Assembly: GCA_050015475.1 (NCBI GenBank)
Contig: JBEKBI010000006.1
Span: forward strand, 7,040-71,039
From: Acidimicrobiales bacterium
Lineage (GTDB): Bacteria > Actinomycetota > Acidimicrobiia > Acidimicrobiales > Bog-793
Length of the DNA: 64,000 nt
Direction of reading: 5' to 3'
Shown: one piece after another, positions 51,785 through 63,128 of the stretch
Layout of the letters: each line of letters opens with the position of its first letter
Numbering within the stretch: the first letter of the stretch is position 1
Position numbers and translations under genes: made by a program
The notes under the pieces: generated by a model
What the model was told of the DNA's origin: nothing
The model's input: the letters and a program-made list of their open reading frames with translations, nothing else
The model's database searches: none

Positions 51785-51813
51785 TTGCTGAGGCCCGCCC
51801 CCCCGGCTAGTAT
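51785..51813 (+). promoter_or_regulatory. Putative housekeeping promoter of rho
   Basis: TTGCTG-N17-TAGTAT. Confidence 0.55.
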
Positions 51814-52192
51814 TCAGTTGCCCTCGTTAGTCATTGCGGACGCAGCTCGCCTTATGGTGGGCGACCCGAATGGGGCGGCGGGAATCGCAAAGGCCCTTTC
51901 CCTGTTTATGCCTTTACCGGCGCTTCCCTTCGTGCAGACGCTTTGGTCGCCGTGGGCAATCACTGATTGGCATGGGCGATCCGGCAAAGTCGATGACTCG
52001 TCTTGCTTGGGGGCCCCCGGCGGGGGGTTGCGGGCTTGGGTCGATTGCCTGGTCTGAACGGTCCGCGTGACCGCCTGGACGGGTGCGCCGAGAAAGAACC
52101 GGGGGAGCACCGACGTCTTGGAACCCCAGATGCTTCGGGAACCGCCTCGGCAGAACCACCTTCATCAACAGAAAGAACCAGAGAGGAAGCTG

Positions 52193-54103
52193 ATGAGCGA
52201 AGAACAGCTCGAGCGTTCGATTCTTGAGCGCAAAGCGGGCGACGAACTTCGGGCAATCGCGACCGCCATGTCTCTCGAGCCCACAGCGCGTCTACGCAAG
52301 GCGGAGCTCGTGAACCAGATCCTGCGTGCGGCGGGAGTCGAGGTCGACGACGCCTCACCAGCGCAGTCGAGTGGCGTGCCATCGCCGCAATCACCGCCTT
52401 CCAACGGTGGCAGTGCCCCCGCAGGCCAGGCCGCCACGTCTGATGGGACGGCCGCGGCCAAGCCAACGCGGGGGCGCACGGCCAAGGCCCGCGTCGCCTC
52501 GGCGGACCCGTCGGCAACTCAGGCCGAAGCGACCGCGAATGGCGCCGAGCCGGCTGGGAGCCCAGACGGCGGCGCACGGACCGCGAGCCCCGATGAGGCT
52601 GCGGCCGAAGTCGTAGAGGTCGCCGTCGCTGTTCTTGCCGATTCAGACTCGAGCCGGGACGGCCGGGAGCAGACAGGGACGGCAGGCACCGGCGCGCTTT
52701 CAACCGAATTCCGGTCGACTGAGCGCTCGTCGAGCTCGACCGGCGTAACCACCACCGCCGACGTGCCGACTGCCGTTCGCCCCCAACGCCAAGTCCAGCA
52801 GCATTCGCAGCCGGGGCGGGGCAACCAAGGTGCGCCGGTCGCCCAAGGTGGACAGGTCGAGGCGGGCAATCGTCGCGGTCGCCGTCGCCGTGGGCGCGAT
52901 CGGGAGCGTGGCGGCCAAGAACCCCAGGGCGGAGGCCAAGAAGTCGCCTGGCAGGGTGAGCTCGTGCCCGTCCGTGGCCTGCTGGATCTTCGCGACGAGG
53001 GCTATGGGTTCCTTCGCACGAGCGGGTATCTGCCGAGCACGAAGGACGTTTACATCTCCGTCTCCCAGGCGCGACGCTTCGCGCTGCGCCGGGGCGACGC
53101 CATTGAAGGCGCCTGCCGCCCCGCGGGTCCGAGCGAGAAGTACCCGGCTCTGTTGCGTATAGACACGATCTGCGGGATGCCTCCCGAGGAGGCACGCGAT
53201 CGACCGCGCTTCGAGGACCTGACACCTTTGTTCCCGGATCAGCGGATGCGCCTCGAGTTGAAGGACGACCCGTTGAACACCACGGCCCGGATAGTCGACC
53301 TGATCTCGCCGATCGGCAAGGGCCAGCGAAGCATGATCGTGTCGCCGCCGAAAGCAGGCAAGACGACGATTCTGAAGCAGATCGCCCATTCGATCGAGCA
53401 GAACGACCCGACAGTCCATCTCATGGTCCTGCTCGTCGACGAGCGGCCGGAAGAGGCGACCGACTGGCGGCGCTCTGTCAAGGGCGAAGTGATCGCTTCG
53501 ACTTTCGACCGCCCCGCTGATGAGCACACGACAGTGGCGGAGCTTGCGATCGAGAGGGCCAAACGCCTTGTCGAACTCGGCAAGGACGTCGTGATCATCC
53601 TGGACGGGATCACCCGCCTCGCCAGGGCCTACAACCTGGCCCAGCCGGCGACGGGCCGCATCATGTCCGGTGGTGTGGACTCCGGGGCCCTTTACCCCCC
53701 GAAGAAGTTCTTCGGTGCCGCCCGGAACATCGAGGAGGGTGGTTCGCTCACGATCCTCGCGACGGCCCTTGTCGAAACCGGCTCGAAGATGGACGAGGTG
53801 ATCTTCGAGGAGTTCAAGGGCACCGGCAACATGGAGCTTCGCCTGGACCGCAAGTTGGCCGAGCGTCGCATCTACCCTGCGATCGACGTCAACGCGAGCT
53901 CGACACGGCACGAGGAGCTCCTCTTCGACCGCTCGCAGCTGCAGCAGGTCTGGAAGCTTCGCCGGGTCCTGAACGGCCTTGGCGGTGAGGGCGCCGGCGG
54001 CGCCGGCGCCGGCCTCGAGCTGCTCATGGACAAGATCAAGACGACGGCCTCGAATGACGAGTTCCTCGCGGAAATAGCCAAGGCGCCAACGTCGGGAGGG
54101 TGA
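52193..54103 (+). CDS. rho: Transcription termination factor Rho with N-terminal insertion
   Basis: [45 protein letters not shown]. Confidence 0.97.
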   Translation: MSEEQLERSILERKAGDELRAIATAMSLEPTARLRKAELVNQILRAAGVEVDDASPAQSSGVPSPQSPPSNGGSAPAGQAATSDGTAAAKPTRGRTAKARVASADPSATQAEATANGAEPAGSPDGGARTASPDEAAAEVVEVAVAVLADSDSSRDGREQTGTAGTGALSTEFRSTERSSSSTGVTTTADVPTAVRPQRQVQQHSQPGRGNQGAPVAQGGQVEAGNRRGRRRRGRDRERGGQEPQGGGQEVAWQGELVPVRGLLDLRDEGYGFLRTSGYLPSTKDVYISVSQARRFALRRGDAIEGACRPAGPSEKYPALLRIDTICGMPPEEARDRPRFEDLTPLFPDQRMRLELKDDPLNTTARIVDLISPIGKGQRSMIVSPPKAGKTTILKQIAHSIEQNDPTVHLMVLLVDERPEEATDWRRSVKGEVIASTFDRPADEHTTVAELAIERAKRLVELGKDVVIILDGITRLARAYNLAQPATGRIMSGGVDSGALYPPKKFFGAARNIEEGGSLTILATALVETGSKMDEVIFEEFKGTGNMELRLDRKLAERRIYPAIDVNASSTRHEELLFDRSQLQQVWKLRRVLNGLGGEGAGGAGAGLELLMDKIKTTASNDEFLAEIAKAPTSGG

Positions 54104-54158
54104 CACCACCCGGCAGCCTGGATCAGGTACGCCCGGCCCGGCTTACAATGGAGACATC

Positions 54159-54377
54159 ATGAAGACAGACATCCATCCCGACTACGTGACCGCGTCAGTG
54201 CGCTGCTCGTGCGGGAACACCTTCACCACTCGGTCGACCAAGGCCGACCTGCATGTCGAGCTTTGCAACGAGTGCCACCCCTTCTACACGGGCAAGCAGA
54301 AGCTCGTCGACACCGGAGGGCGCGTCGAGCGTTTCGAGCGCCGTTACGGACAGCGCAAGACAAAGACCAAGCACTGA
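54159..54377 (+). CDS. rpmE: 50S ribosomal protein L31 (Zn-binding type)
   Basis: [26 protein letters not shown]. Confidence 0.97.
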   Translation: MKTDIHPDYVTASVRCSCGNTFTTRSTKADLHVELCNECHPFYTGKQKLVDTGGRVERFERRYGQRKTKTKH

Positions 54378-54423
54378 CTTCACAGCGGGTCAACAGGTCG
54401 CCCGCAGCTCCGCTCCACTGTCT

Positions 54424-54999
54424 TCAGACGACTGCGTTCTTTCCCAGGCCTGCATCGGCGCGCCGTCGGAAGGCGACTCCCATGGCAATGAAGCAGATCG
54501 CGACCGCGATGCCAACTCCCGCTTCGGCCGGCCAGACGACCGCGTCTCCCGGATAGCTCCTACCCGCGAGCGTCAATGCCAAGGGCTCGAGGCAGAGCGC
54601 GCCTGCGACGAGCGCGGCGCTGGTCCATGCCCGGCGAGTTCGCCAGCGCTGCCCTAAGACTCCGTAGAGGGGCGCAGTCACGAGGCCACCGATCAAGTTC
54701 GGGGCGTTGGAGAACAAAAGACCATGGATCTCGCGGAGGTTCACGGTCCATTGCCCGCCCTCGAACGGCCCGATGATCATGAGGAAGTAGCCGGCGAGCG
54801 CTGACATCGTGGCTACCAGCCCGACAGCCGCCGCGCGGCGCGCCCGTAACTGGCTGCACCCGAAAGCGAACGGCAGCACCAGCCATGGGGCGGACAGCAT
54901 GCTGAGCGAGATCGTCCACAGCCCCGTCGCGTTGATACTGCCCACGTACTGATCGGCACCGCCGAAGACGAGGCCGACGGCGACCGCGACCAAGAACAC
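54424..54999 (-). CDS. Hypothetical integral membrane protein (DUF6518-like)
   Basis: About 6 TM segments, FGGADQYVGS, SAPWLVLPFAFG. Confidence 0.7.
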   Translation of the reverse strand: MFLVAVAVGLVFGGADQYVGSINATGLWTISLSMLSAPWLVLPFAFGCSQLRARRAAAVGLVATMSALAGYFLMIIGPFEGGQWTVNLREIHGLLFSNAPNLIGGLVTAPLYGVLGQRWRTRRAWTSAALVAGALCLEPLALTLAGRSYPGDAVVWPAEAGVGIAVAICFIAMGVAFRRRADAGLGKNAVV

Positions 55000-55069
55000 C
55001 GTGGGCGCGGTATAGCACGAACCCGCACAGCTCAGGTACCCGCGCGGTCCGCCGCACTAACCTTGACCC

Positions 55070-56131
<1,062 letters not shown>

Positions 56132-56144
56132 GCCCTTTCCCGAA

Positions 56145-57029
56145 GTGACGGCGGTTACCTGGCGGGAGCTTTGGCATGAGGCGGCGGCAGCGATCGCCGA
56201 GCCGAACGAGGCTCGGTGGCTGCTTGAAGCCGCCACCGGCCGCGACGCCGCGGTGCTATTGCGTGAGCTTGATACCGAGGCGCCCGCCGAGGCCGTGACC
56301 CGGGTCCAGGCCCTGGTGCAACGCCGCAAGGCCGGCGAGCCGCTCCAGCACGTGCTCGGCCACTGGGGTTTCAGGACTCTCGAGGTGGCTGTCGACTCTC
56401 GCGCCCTTGTGCCGAGGCCGGAGACCGAGCAGGTGGTCGCAGTCGCCCTCCACGAGCTCGACCGACTGCGCGATCTACGGTCCGCGGCGAACCCGACAGG
56501 GTCGGTCCCTCAGCTTGTTGCGGTTGATCTCGGCACAGGTTCGGGCGTGATCGCTCTCTCGCTCGTAGCGGAGAGATCCGCTCTCCGTGTTGTCGCGACC
56601 GATCGCGACCCGACCGCCCTCGAGCTTGCCGCGGCGAATTTGTCGGTGGTTGCCAAGGACGCCGCGGCGCGGGTGGAGCTGTACGTGGGCGACTGGTACG
56701 AGGCGGTGCCCGGCGACCTCAAAGGCCGGGTCGACCTGGTCGTCGCCAATCCGCCCTATGTAGCGGAGCACGAATGGGCGGGCCTCGAGGAGGTCGTGCG
56801 CGATTTCGACCCCTACGGGGCGCTCGTCGCTGGGCCCACCGGGCTCGAGGCCATTGCGGTCATCGTGGCTGGAGCGCCAGATTGGCTGAGTGAGGGTGGC
56901 GCGTTGGTGACCGAGATCGCGCCCGACCAGGCCACGCGAGCGACCGAGCTCGCGCGCGGGGCGGGCTTCGGCACGGCCTTCGTGGAGGACGACCTGGCAA
57001 GGCGGGCAAGGGTGCTGGTGGCGAGATGA
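56145..57029 (+). CDS. prmC: Release factor glutamine methyltransferase
   Basis: GEPLQH, LVPRPETE, DLGTGSG, NPPY. Confidence 0.94.
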   Translation: MTAVTWRELWHEAAAAIAEPNEARWLLEAATGRDAAVLLRELDTEAPAEAVTRVQALVQRRKAGEPLQHVLGHWGFRTLEVAVDSRALVPRPETEQVVAVALHELDRLRDLRSAANPTGSVPQLVAVDLGTGSGVIALSLVAERSALRVVATDRDPTALELAAANLSVVAKDAAARVELYVGDWYEAVPGDLKGRVDLVVANPPYVAEHEWAGLEEVVRDFDPYGALVAGPTGLEAIAVIVAGAPDWLSEGGALVTEIAPDQATRATELARGAGFGTAFVEDDLARRARVLVAR

Positions 57030-57619
57030 CCATCTCGGATTTCGACGAGGTTGAGCAGGCTCTGCGGGCCGGCCAGGTAGTGGGCGTCCCGACTGACACT
57101 GTGTACGGCCTGGCGGTCGACCCGCGACTTCCGGGAGTGGTCAACAAGTTGTTCGCCCTCAAGGGACGACCAATAGGCATCCCGCTCCCGGTCCTGGTCG
57201 CGGATCCCGCCGAGCTGGTGGACCTGGCGACGGTGGAGCCCGCCGTGGGTCGGCTGGTCGCCCGCTATTGGCCCGGCCCACTGACGCTTGTGCTGCCGCG
57301 CCGGGCCGGCATCGACTTCGAGCTCGGAGGCCGACCGGAGACGATCGGCGTTCGATGCCCTTCACAGACGTTGTTGAGGGAGCTGCTGCGCAGGACGGGG
57401 CCTCTTGCCGTCACGAGTGCCAACCGTCACGGGGAACCACCCCTTTGCACCGCGGAAGAGGTCCGGGAGCGCTTCGGCGTAGACGTCGCGCACGTGCTCG
57501 ACGGTGGAATCTGCGACGATCGACCCTCGACAGTGGTCGACGCCAGCGGTGCGCAGGTGCGGTGTCTCAGGCAGGGCTCTTTGTTGTTCGCCGAGATCGC
57601 CGCCTTGGCGGCCCCGTGA
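57026..57619 (+). CDS. tsaC: L-threonylcarbamoyladenylate synthase (Sua5/YrdC)
   Basis: PTDTVYGL, KGRP, WPGPLT, TSAN, PSTVVD. Confidence 0.93.
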   Translation: MTISDFDEVEQALRAGQVVGVPTDTVYGLAVDPRLPGVVNKLFALKGRPIGIPLPVLVADPAELVDLATVEPAVGRLVARYWPGPLTLVLPRRAGIDFELGGRPETIGVRCPSQTLLRELLRRTGPLAVTSANRHGEPPLCTAEEVRERFGVDVAHVLDGGICDDRPSTVVDASGAQVRCLRQGSLLFAEIAALAAP

Positions 57620-57669
57620 CTTAACGGTCCCTGGCCCGCCAGCGCTGAGGGCGCAGCAGGTCGCGACGA

Positions 57670-58434
57670 CTACGCGTTGCGGCGCGGGAGCCAGCGAAAA
57701 CGTCTGATCGCGATCACGAGACCGACGGCGAACCAGATGGCCAGGTTCTCGAGCCAAGCCGCGTGGAGCGAGCCCGTGTGGACCAGAGGGTTCAGGGCGT
57801 TGAAGCTGGAAAGGATGAAGGGACGTATCGGGAAGTACGAGGAGATCTGCCCGAGCGCCGATGACGACGAGAGTGGGAAGAACGTGCCGGAGATGAACAT
57901 GAGCGGCAGGTAGATGCCGTTCACCACAGCCGGGGCGGCATCCGCGTTGGGTATCACCACCGTGATGGCAACCCCGAGAGCGCAGAATGTCGCCGCGCCG
58001 ACCACGACGATCAGCACCACGGGGAGAATGTCGTGGGCGGGGAAGACGAGGTGGTAGAAGGCCACTCCGGCGCCAAGGGTGATGGCCGCGAGCACGAGGG
58101 CACGGATCACGCAGCTGGCCACAGTCGCCACCATGTACACCCACGGCGGCAGCGGAGTGCCCCGGAACCGCTTCAGTATCCCCTCCTCCCGCTGAGTGGT
58201 GAGCGTGATGGCCAGAGTCGTGTAGCAGGCGGATATGACCCCGAAAGTCATGATCCCCGGGATGAAGTACTGGTCGAGCTTGAGCCCTTCGTACCGGTCG
58301 CCGCTGTAGAGCGAGGCGAAGATCACCAGGAACATAACCGGCATGAAGAACGTGAAGAACGCGCTCACCGGGTTGCGCCAGTAGGCGCGCTGTTGGTACC
58401 AGATCTCACTTCTGAGGATCCGGAGAGACTTCAT
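57670..58434 (-). CDS. ABC-2 type exporter permease
   Basis: Six TM segments, REEGILKR, FISGTFFP. Confidence 0.9.
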   Translation of the reverse strand: MKSLRILRSEIWYQQRAYWRNPVSAFFTFFMPVMFLVIFASLYSGDRYEGLKLDQYFIPGIMTFGVISACYTTLAITLTTQREEGILKRFRGTPLPPWVYMVATVASCVIRALVLAAITLGAGVAFYHLVFPAHDILPVVLIVVVGAATFCALGVAITVVIPNADAAPAVVNGIYLPLMFISGTFFPLSSSSALGQISSYFPIRPFILSSFNALNPLVHTGSLHAAWLENLAIWFAVGLVIAIRRFRWLPRRNA

Positions 58435-59351
58435 TGCTTGTCCTCGGCCGTGAGGGACAAATACACGTCCTCGAGGCTCGGCCGGGCGACCTCGAGCCCT
58501 TCGAGCTCGACCTGGTGATCGACGGCCCAGGCGGTCAGCCGGTGAAGCAGTGGCGTCGGGGACTTGGTGTCGACCTCGATCATGCGCCTGCCGTCGACGG
58601 GGCTGACCGTGAGGTTTGCGTCCACGAGCCCTAGGTCGGCGACGCCTACCTGTTCGGGCAGCACGAAGCGGATCCTGGCAGTGCCCGTGTCACGCCCGCC
58701 GATTGAGTCGGGCGTTCCGGACGCGACTATGAGGCCCTTCGCGATCACTGCCACCCGGTCCGCCAGAACTTGTGCCTCGTCCATGTAGTGGGTCGTGAGC
58801 AGTACCGTCCGGCCCTCTCCGGCGAGGCTGCGGACGATTTCCCATGCCTCACGGCGTGCGTTCGGGTCGAAGCCTGTCGTCGGCTCGTCCAGGAAGAGAA
58901 GCTCCGGGTCCCCCACGAGTCCCAGGCCTAGGTCCAGACGGCGTTGCTGGCCGCCTGAGAGCGTGCGCACTCGGGCGCCGGCCTTCTCACCGAGCCCGAC
59001 GAGGTCGATCACGCTGTCGGGGTCACGGGGATGCCCGTAGTAGTTGGCCCTGCGTCTGAGCACCTCGCGGACGGTGAGGAACTGCTCCACGGCTGTCTCT
59101 TGAAGGACGATCCCCACCTGTTCGAGCATTCTGCGCCTGTCATGACGGGGATCGAGACCGAGCACGGCGACCTTGCCGGCGCTGGCAGCCTGATAGCCCT
59201 CGAGGATCTCCACGACAGTGGTCTTGCCGGCTCCGTTCGGCCCGAGCAGGGCAAGCACCTCACCGCGTTGGATCTCGAAGTCGACACCGCGCACGGCCTT
59301 GACTTCGCCGAAGTCCTTCTTGAGCCCGCTCACAGCTACGGCCAAGTCCAC
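58431..59351 (-). CDS. ABC exporter ATP-binding protein (DrrA-like)
   Basis: GPNGAGKT, LSGGQ, LDEPTTG, TTHYM. Confidence 0.94.
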   Translation of the reverse strand: MDLAVAVSGLKKDFGEVKAVRGVDFEIQRGEVLALLGPNGAGKTTVVEILEGYQAASAGKVAVLGLDPRHDRRRMLEQVGIVLQETAVEQFLTVREVLRRRANYYGHPRDPDSVIDLVGLGEKAGARVRTLSGGQQRRLDLGLGLVGDPELLFLDEPTTGFDPNARREAWEIVRSLAGEGRTVLLTTHYMDEAQVLADRVAVIAKGLIVASGTPDSIGGRDTGTARIRFVLPEQVGVADLGLVDANLTVSPVDGRRMIEVDTKSPTPLLHRLTAWAVDHQVELEGLEVARPSLEDVYLSLTAEDKQ

Positions 59352-59427
59352 GGACTCAAACTAGTTGAAGCCCGACGTGGTCCCGGCTCCTCGGAGACAT
59401 AGGGGAGCCGACCGGTACACTCAAGCT

Positions 59428-59871
59428 GTGCGCGTCTCGGTGGGATCGGACCACGCCGGTTTGGAGCTGAAGCAACTCCTGGCTGAACACCTTGCTGCCC
59501 TCGGGCACGAGGTGGTGGACCTTGGGACAAATTCGCCGGATCCTGTGGATTATCCGGACCTGGGCGCGGCCGTCGGCCGGAGCGTGGTCTCAGGCGAGAG
59601 CGACTGCGGGGTTTGTGTTTGCGGCACCGGGAACGGGATCGCGATGGCGGCGAACAAGGTTCACGGAGTGCGCGCGGCTGTAGTCCATGACGTGAGCTCA
59701 GCCCGACTGGCCCGCGAGCACAACAACGCCAATGTGATCTGCTTCGGTGCGCGCCTTTTGGGCACCGAGGTGGCCACTGACGCACTGGAGACCTTTCTCC
59801 GCAGCGAGTTCGGAGGGGGACGGCACCTCAGGAGAATTGAGAAGATCACCGCCCTCGAGGCCCTCGAGTAG
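59428..59871 (+). CDS. rpiB: Ribose 5-phosphate isomerase B
   Basis: GSDHAG, DYP, CGTGNG, ANKV, HNNANV, GGRH.RR. Confidence 0.95.
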   Translation: MRVSVGSDHAGLELKQLLAEHLAALGHEVVDLGTNSPDPVDYPDLGAAVGRSVVSGESDCGVCVCGTGNGIAMAANKVHGVRAAVVHDVSSARLAREHNNANVICFGARLLGTEVATDALETFLRSEFGGGRHLRRIEKITALEALE

Positions 59872-59916
59872 TTACGCCAGGAGCCCTGCCATGACGACCT
59901 TCCAAGGAGCGAGCCG

Positions 59917-61236
59917 ATGACAAAGCCGATCGCCGATGTACCGAGCGCCAGTGCCTTCCTGCCCGGCGCGCTAAAAGGGGACCCCGAACTGCACGGACTG
60001 CTCAGCGACGAGCTCGAGCGGCAGCGGACGACGCTGCAACTGATCGCTTCGGAGAACTTCACGTCGCCGGCCGTGCTGGCCGCGTCGGCCTCCGTGCTGA
60101 CCAACAAGTACTCAGAGGGCTACCCGGGCAGGCGCTACTACGGCGGCAACGCCGTAGCCGACCAGGTGGAGGATCTCGCGCGGAACCGGGCCATGGAGCT
60201 TTTTGGTGCCGAGCACGCGAATGTCCAGCCCCACGCCGGCGCCAACGCGAACCTGGCGACGTACCTCGCACTCGTCCAGCCCGGTGACACCATCCTCGCC
60301 ATGCGCCTCGATCAGGGAGGCCACCTCACCCACGGCTCTCCGGTCAGCATCACGGGCAAGCTCTACCGCTTCGTCGCCTACGGGGTCACGCCTGCCGCCT
60401 CTGACGGATCCGGCGAGCGTATCGATCTCGATCAGGTCCGCGATCTGGCGATTCGCGAACGGCCACGCCTGATCGTGGCAGGGGCCACGGCCTATTCGCG
60501 GGCGATCGACCCGCAGCCGTTCCGTGAGATTGCCGACGAGGTGGGCGCACGGTTCATGTTCGATGCCGCCCACCCTGCCGGCTTGATAGCCGCAGGCGTC
60601 CACCCCAACCCGGTCGGCGTGGCGGACGTGGTGACCTTGACCACCCACAAGACGCTTCGCGGCCCTAGGGGTGGCGCCATTTTGTGTGGTGAGGACCTCG
60701 CGAAGCTGATCGACTCAGCGGTTTTCCCTGGCCTACAGGGAGGCCCGCTCGAGCATGTGATCGCGGCCAAGGCGGTGGCCTTCGGCGAGGCCCTCAGGCC
60801 CGAGTTCCGCGAGTACGCCGCCAAGGTCGTGCGCAACGCGGCGGCTCTTGCCGATGCGCTCACCGAACAGGGGTTCCGGCTGGTCGCGGGGGGCACTGAC
60901 AACCACCTGGTGCTGGTCGACCTTAGGACATTCGAGGCCGATCTCACGGGCAAGGTCGCGCAGGAGGTCCTGGACAGGACCGGAATTACCTGCAACCGCA
61001 ATGCGATTCCTAACGACCCGCGCCCCCCGTTCGTGACAAGCGGCTTGCGTCTCGGGTCGGCCGCCGAGACGACGGCCGGGCTCGGCGAGGCCGAGATGGC
61101 CCAGATCGCTTCACTGATCGCCCGAGCTTTGCGCGGGCGGGAGAACGAGGAGGAGCTGGCTGCAGTTCGCGGTGCTGTCATGGAGCTCTGCGGCCGGTTC
61201 GACCCCTATCCGAGAGGGGTCGCATCGGCGGGATGA
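59917..61236 (+). CDS. glyA: Serine hydroxymethyltransferase
   Basis: [40 protein letters not shown]. Confidence 0.97.
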   Translation: MTKPIADVPSASAFLPGALKGDPELHGLLSDELERQRTTLQLIASENFTSPAVLAASASVLTNKYSEGYPGRRYYGGNAVADQVEDLARNRAMELFGAEHANVQPHAGANANLATYLALVQPGDTILAMRLDQGGHLTHGSPVSITGKLYRFVAYGVTPAASDGSGERIDLDQVRDLAIRERPRLIVAGATAYSRAIDPQPFREIADEVGARFMFDAAHPAGLIAAGVHPNPVGVADVVTLTTHKTLRGPRGGAILCGEDLAKLIDSAVFPGLQGGPLEHVIAAKAVAFGEALRPEFREYAAKVVRNAAALADALTEQGFRLVAGGTDNHLVLVDLRTFEADLTGKVAQEVLDRTGITCNRNAIPNDPRPPFVTSGLRLGSAAETTAGLGEAEMAQIASLIARALRGRENEEELAAVRGAVMELCGRFDPYPRGVASAG

Positions 61237-61345
61237 TGGCTTCTCCCCGCGTTCGCGTGCAGCCGAGCGGCCGCATACGCGCGGCGGCGCAGGGCGGTGG
61301 AATTTTGGTGAATTGGTGGCTGCGGTGCCAGGATTGGCGACCGGA

Positions 61346-61549
61346 GTGAGCGAGAAGACCCCGCCGAGTCTGGGCGCGCTGATCAGTATGGGCGCGGCCC
61401 TTGCACTGTGCGTAGTCGGTGGAGTTGGCGGCGGCTACTGGCTGGACCGGACGTTGCATACGGGTGAGGTGCTCACGTTTGTCGGGCTGGCTCTCGGAGT
61501 GGCGGCGGCGATTGCAATCGTCTACTTCAATGCTAAAACGTTTCTTTGA
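61346..61549 (+). CDS. AtpZ/AtpI-family small membrane protein
   Basis: Two TM segments with the GGYWLDR motif, at the head of the atp operon. Confidence 0.8.
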   Translation: MSEKTPPSLGALISMGAALALCVVGGVGGGYWLDRTLHTGEVLTFVGLALGVAAAIAIVYFNAKTFL

Positions 61550-61614
61550 CGCCGGGCAGCTTGCCCGGTTCGTACGGACCACCAGGGTCGCCCACGGGAC
61601 GATGTAGAGGGAGC

Positions 61615-62031
61615 ATGGAGCAACTCGCAGCTGTGCTTGGACAACTCGATCTGCCGGACATCTCGAGGATGTTGCGGCGCACGGTGTACGCGACGGCTGG
61701 CCTCGGCGTGGTCGTTTTCGTCGTACTGTGCGTCATCGGTTATCCGTTGGCTGGGCTCGGCGCCTGTATCGGACTTGGACTTGGCTTGGCGAACATTCGA
61801 CTTGTGATGTCGACCGCTACGCGCCTCAATGCCTCAAGCGCGACCAAGATCAAGCGGCCCATGGCGTTGAACACGCTGATGAGGCTTGCCCTCACGACCG
61901 TCGTCATAGTCGTGCTTGCCATCTTGAATCTGTCCCTCGGATTCGGTGTGCTCGGTGGGATCACGGTGTTCTACCTCTTGTTTGTGGTGAGCATGGTGGT
62001 CATCGTTCTCCACGATGGGGCTGCCAAATGA
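61615..62031 (+). CDS. atpI: ATP synthase protein I
   Basis: Four TM segments, GGAG RBS, ATGA overlap with atpB. Confidence 0.8.
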   Translation: MEQLAAVLGQLDLPDISRMLRRTVYATAGLGVVVFVVLCVIGYPLAGLGACIGLGLGLANIRLVMSTATRLNASSATKIKRPMALNTLMRLALTTVVIVVLAILNLSLGFGVLGGITVFYLLFVVSMVVIVLHDGAAK

Positions 62032-62759
62032 TGAGCCCCGGGTTGCTAGCCAACGCAAGCGCTATCACGATCAACGCCGCGCCGACTTTCAAGCTGTTCG
62101 GCCTGGCCGTCAACAAGTTCGACGCCATTTCCGCGGCGATAGCTGGGGTGCTCGTGATCGGGCTCGGCCTCGCCGTAAGGGTGAACATCACGGCTGGAGT
62201 GCCCGGGAAGATGCAGCTCGCTTTCGAAGGGCTTTCCAACGCCATCTCGGACCAAGTGGAGACTTCGATCGGCCCGAGGGGAAGGCGGGTAGTACCGCTC
62301 GCAATGACGTTGTTCCTTCTTATCCTATTCTCCAACTGGCTCGAGATGATCCCCTCGGGCCACACAATCCAATACCTGCCTGCGCCGACCGGCGACGTGA
62401 ACATGGACTACGCGCTGGCGATCACCGTGATCGTGCTCGTTCACGCTTCTTGGATCAGGACTCAGGGCCTGCGCCACTACCTCGCCCACTACTTCCATCC
62501 ATTTTGGCTAATGTTCCCGATCAACGTGATCGAGGAGCTCGCGAAGCCGCTCACTTTGTCCCTCAGGCTTTTCGGCAACATCTTTGCCGGCGGGATCATG
62601 TTGCTGTTGATCTGGGCAACGCTTCCGTGGTTCGCGATCCCGATCTTCGACTTGGGCTGGAAGATCTTTGACGGCCTTTTTGTTGCGCCAATGCAGGCAT
62701 TCATCTTTTCGCTCCTAACAATTCTCTATTTCGAATCCGCTTTGTCGGAGGAGCATTGA
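62028..62759 (+). CDS. atpB: F0F1 ATP synthase subunit a
   Basis: VPGKMQL.FE, FSNW, APTGDVN, LSLRLFGNIFAG (conserved Arg), QAFIFSLLTILY. Confidence 0.96.
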   Translation: MMSPGLLANASAITINAAPTFKLFGLAVNKFDAISAAIAGVLVIGLGLAVRVNITAGVPGKMQLAFEGLSNAISDQVETSIGPRGRRVVPLAMTLFLLILFSNWLEMIPSGHTIQYLPAPTGDVNMDYALAITVIVLVHASWIRTQGLRHYLAHYFHPFWLMFPINVIEELAKPLTLSLRLFGNIFAGGIMLLLIWATLPWFAIPIFDLGWKIFDGLFVAPMQAFIFSLLTILYFESALSEEH

Positions 62760-62849
62760 GTGACTGCAGCACAACCAAGGCGGACCCGAGGTTTCGCACG
62801 GGCTTCGCGAGCTCTCCAACACCGTTCAGAAAGGGAGTAGGTAACCCCA

Positions 62850-63110
62850 ATGGCAAATGACCTGAACCAAGCGATCGAGCTGGCCGGCGCCATGGTTGGC
62901 GGCGGTCTGGCCCTTGGCGGCGGCGCGATCGGCGCGGCTATCGGAGACGGGCTCGCTGGCAGCCAGACGATTGCCGGCGTCGCCCGCCAACCCGAGGCTC
63001 AGCGGCGGCTCTTCACGATCATGCTCATTGTGGTCGGCCTCGTCGAAGCTATGTACTTCATAAATTTCGCCTTCATGTTCCTGTTCGTCTTCGTCCTCGC
63101 GAAGAAGTGA
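62850..63110 (+). CDS. atpE: F0F1 ATP synthase subunit c
   Basis: Gly-rich helix, ARQPE loop, [10 protein letters not shown] with the proton-carrying Glu66. Confidence 0.97.
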   Translation: MANDLNQAIELAGAMVGGGLALGGGAIGAAIGDGLAGSQTIAGVARQPEAQRRLFTIMLIVVGLVEAMYFINFAFMFLFVFVLAKK

Positions 63111-63128
63111 CGACGGAGGGAGTGCTGG

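Noticed and set aside
51860-51990. GCAAAG/GGCAAA words suggesting a c-di-GMP-I riboswitch
   Set aside because: The order and the GNRA tetraloop/receptor architecture do not fit.
51785-52057. 90-aa ORF between thrC and rho as thrB remnant or leader peptide
   Set aside because: No GHMP kinase motif, and its TTG coincides with the predicted -35 element. It is better explained as a non-coding leader.
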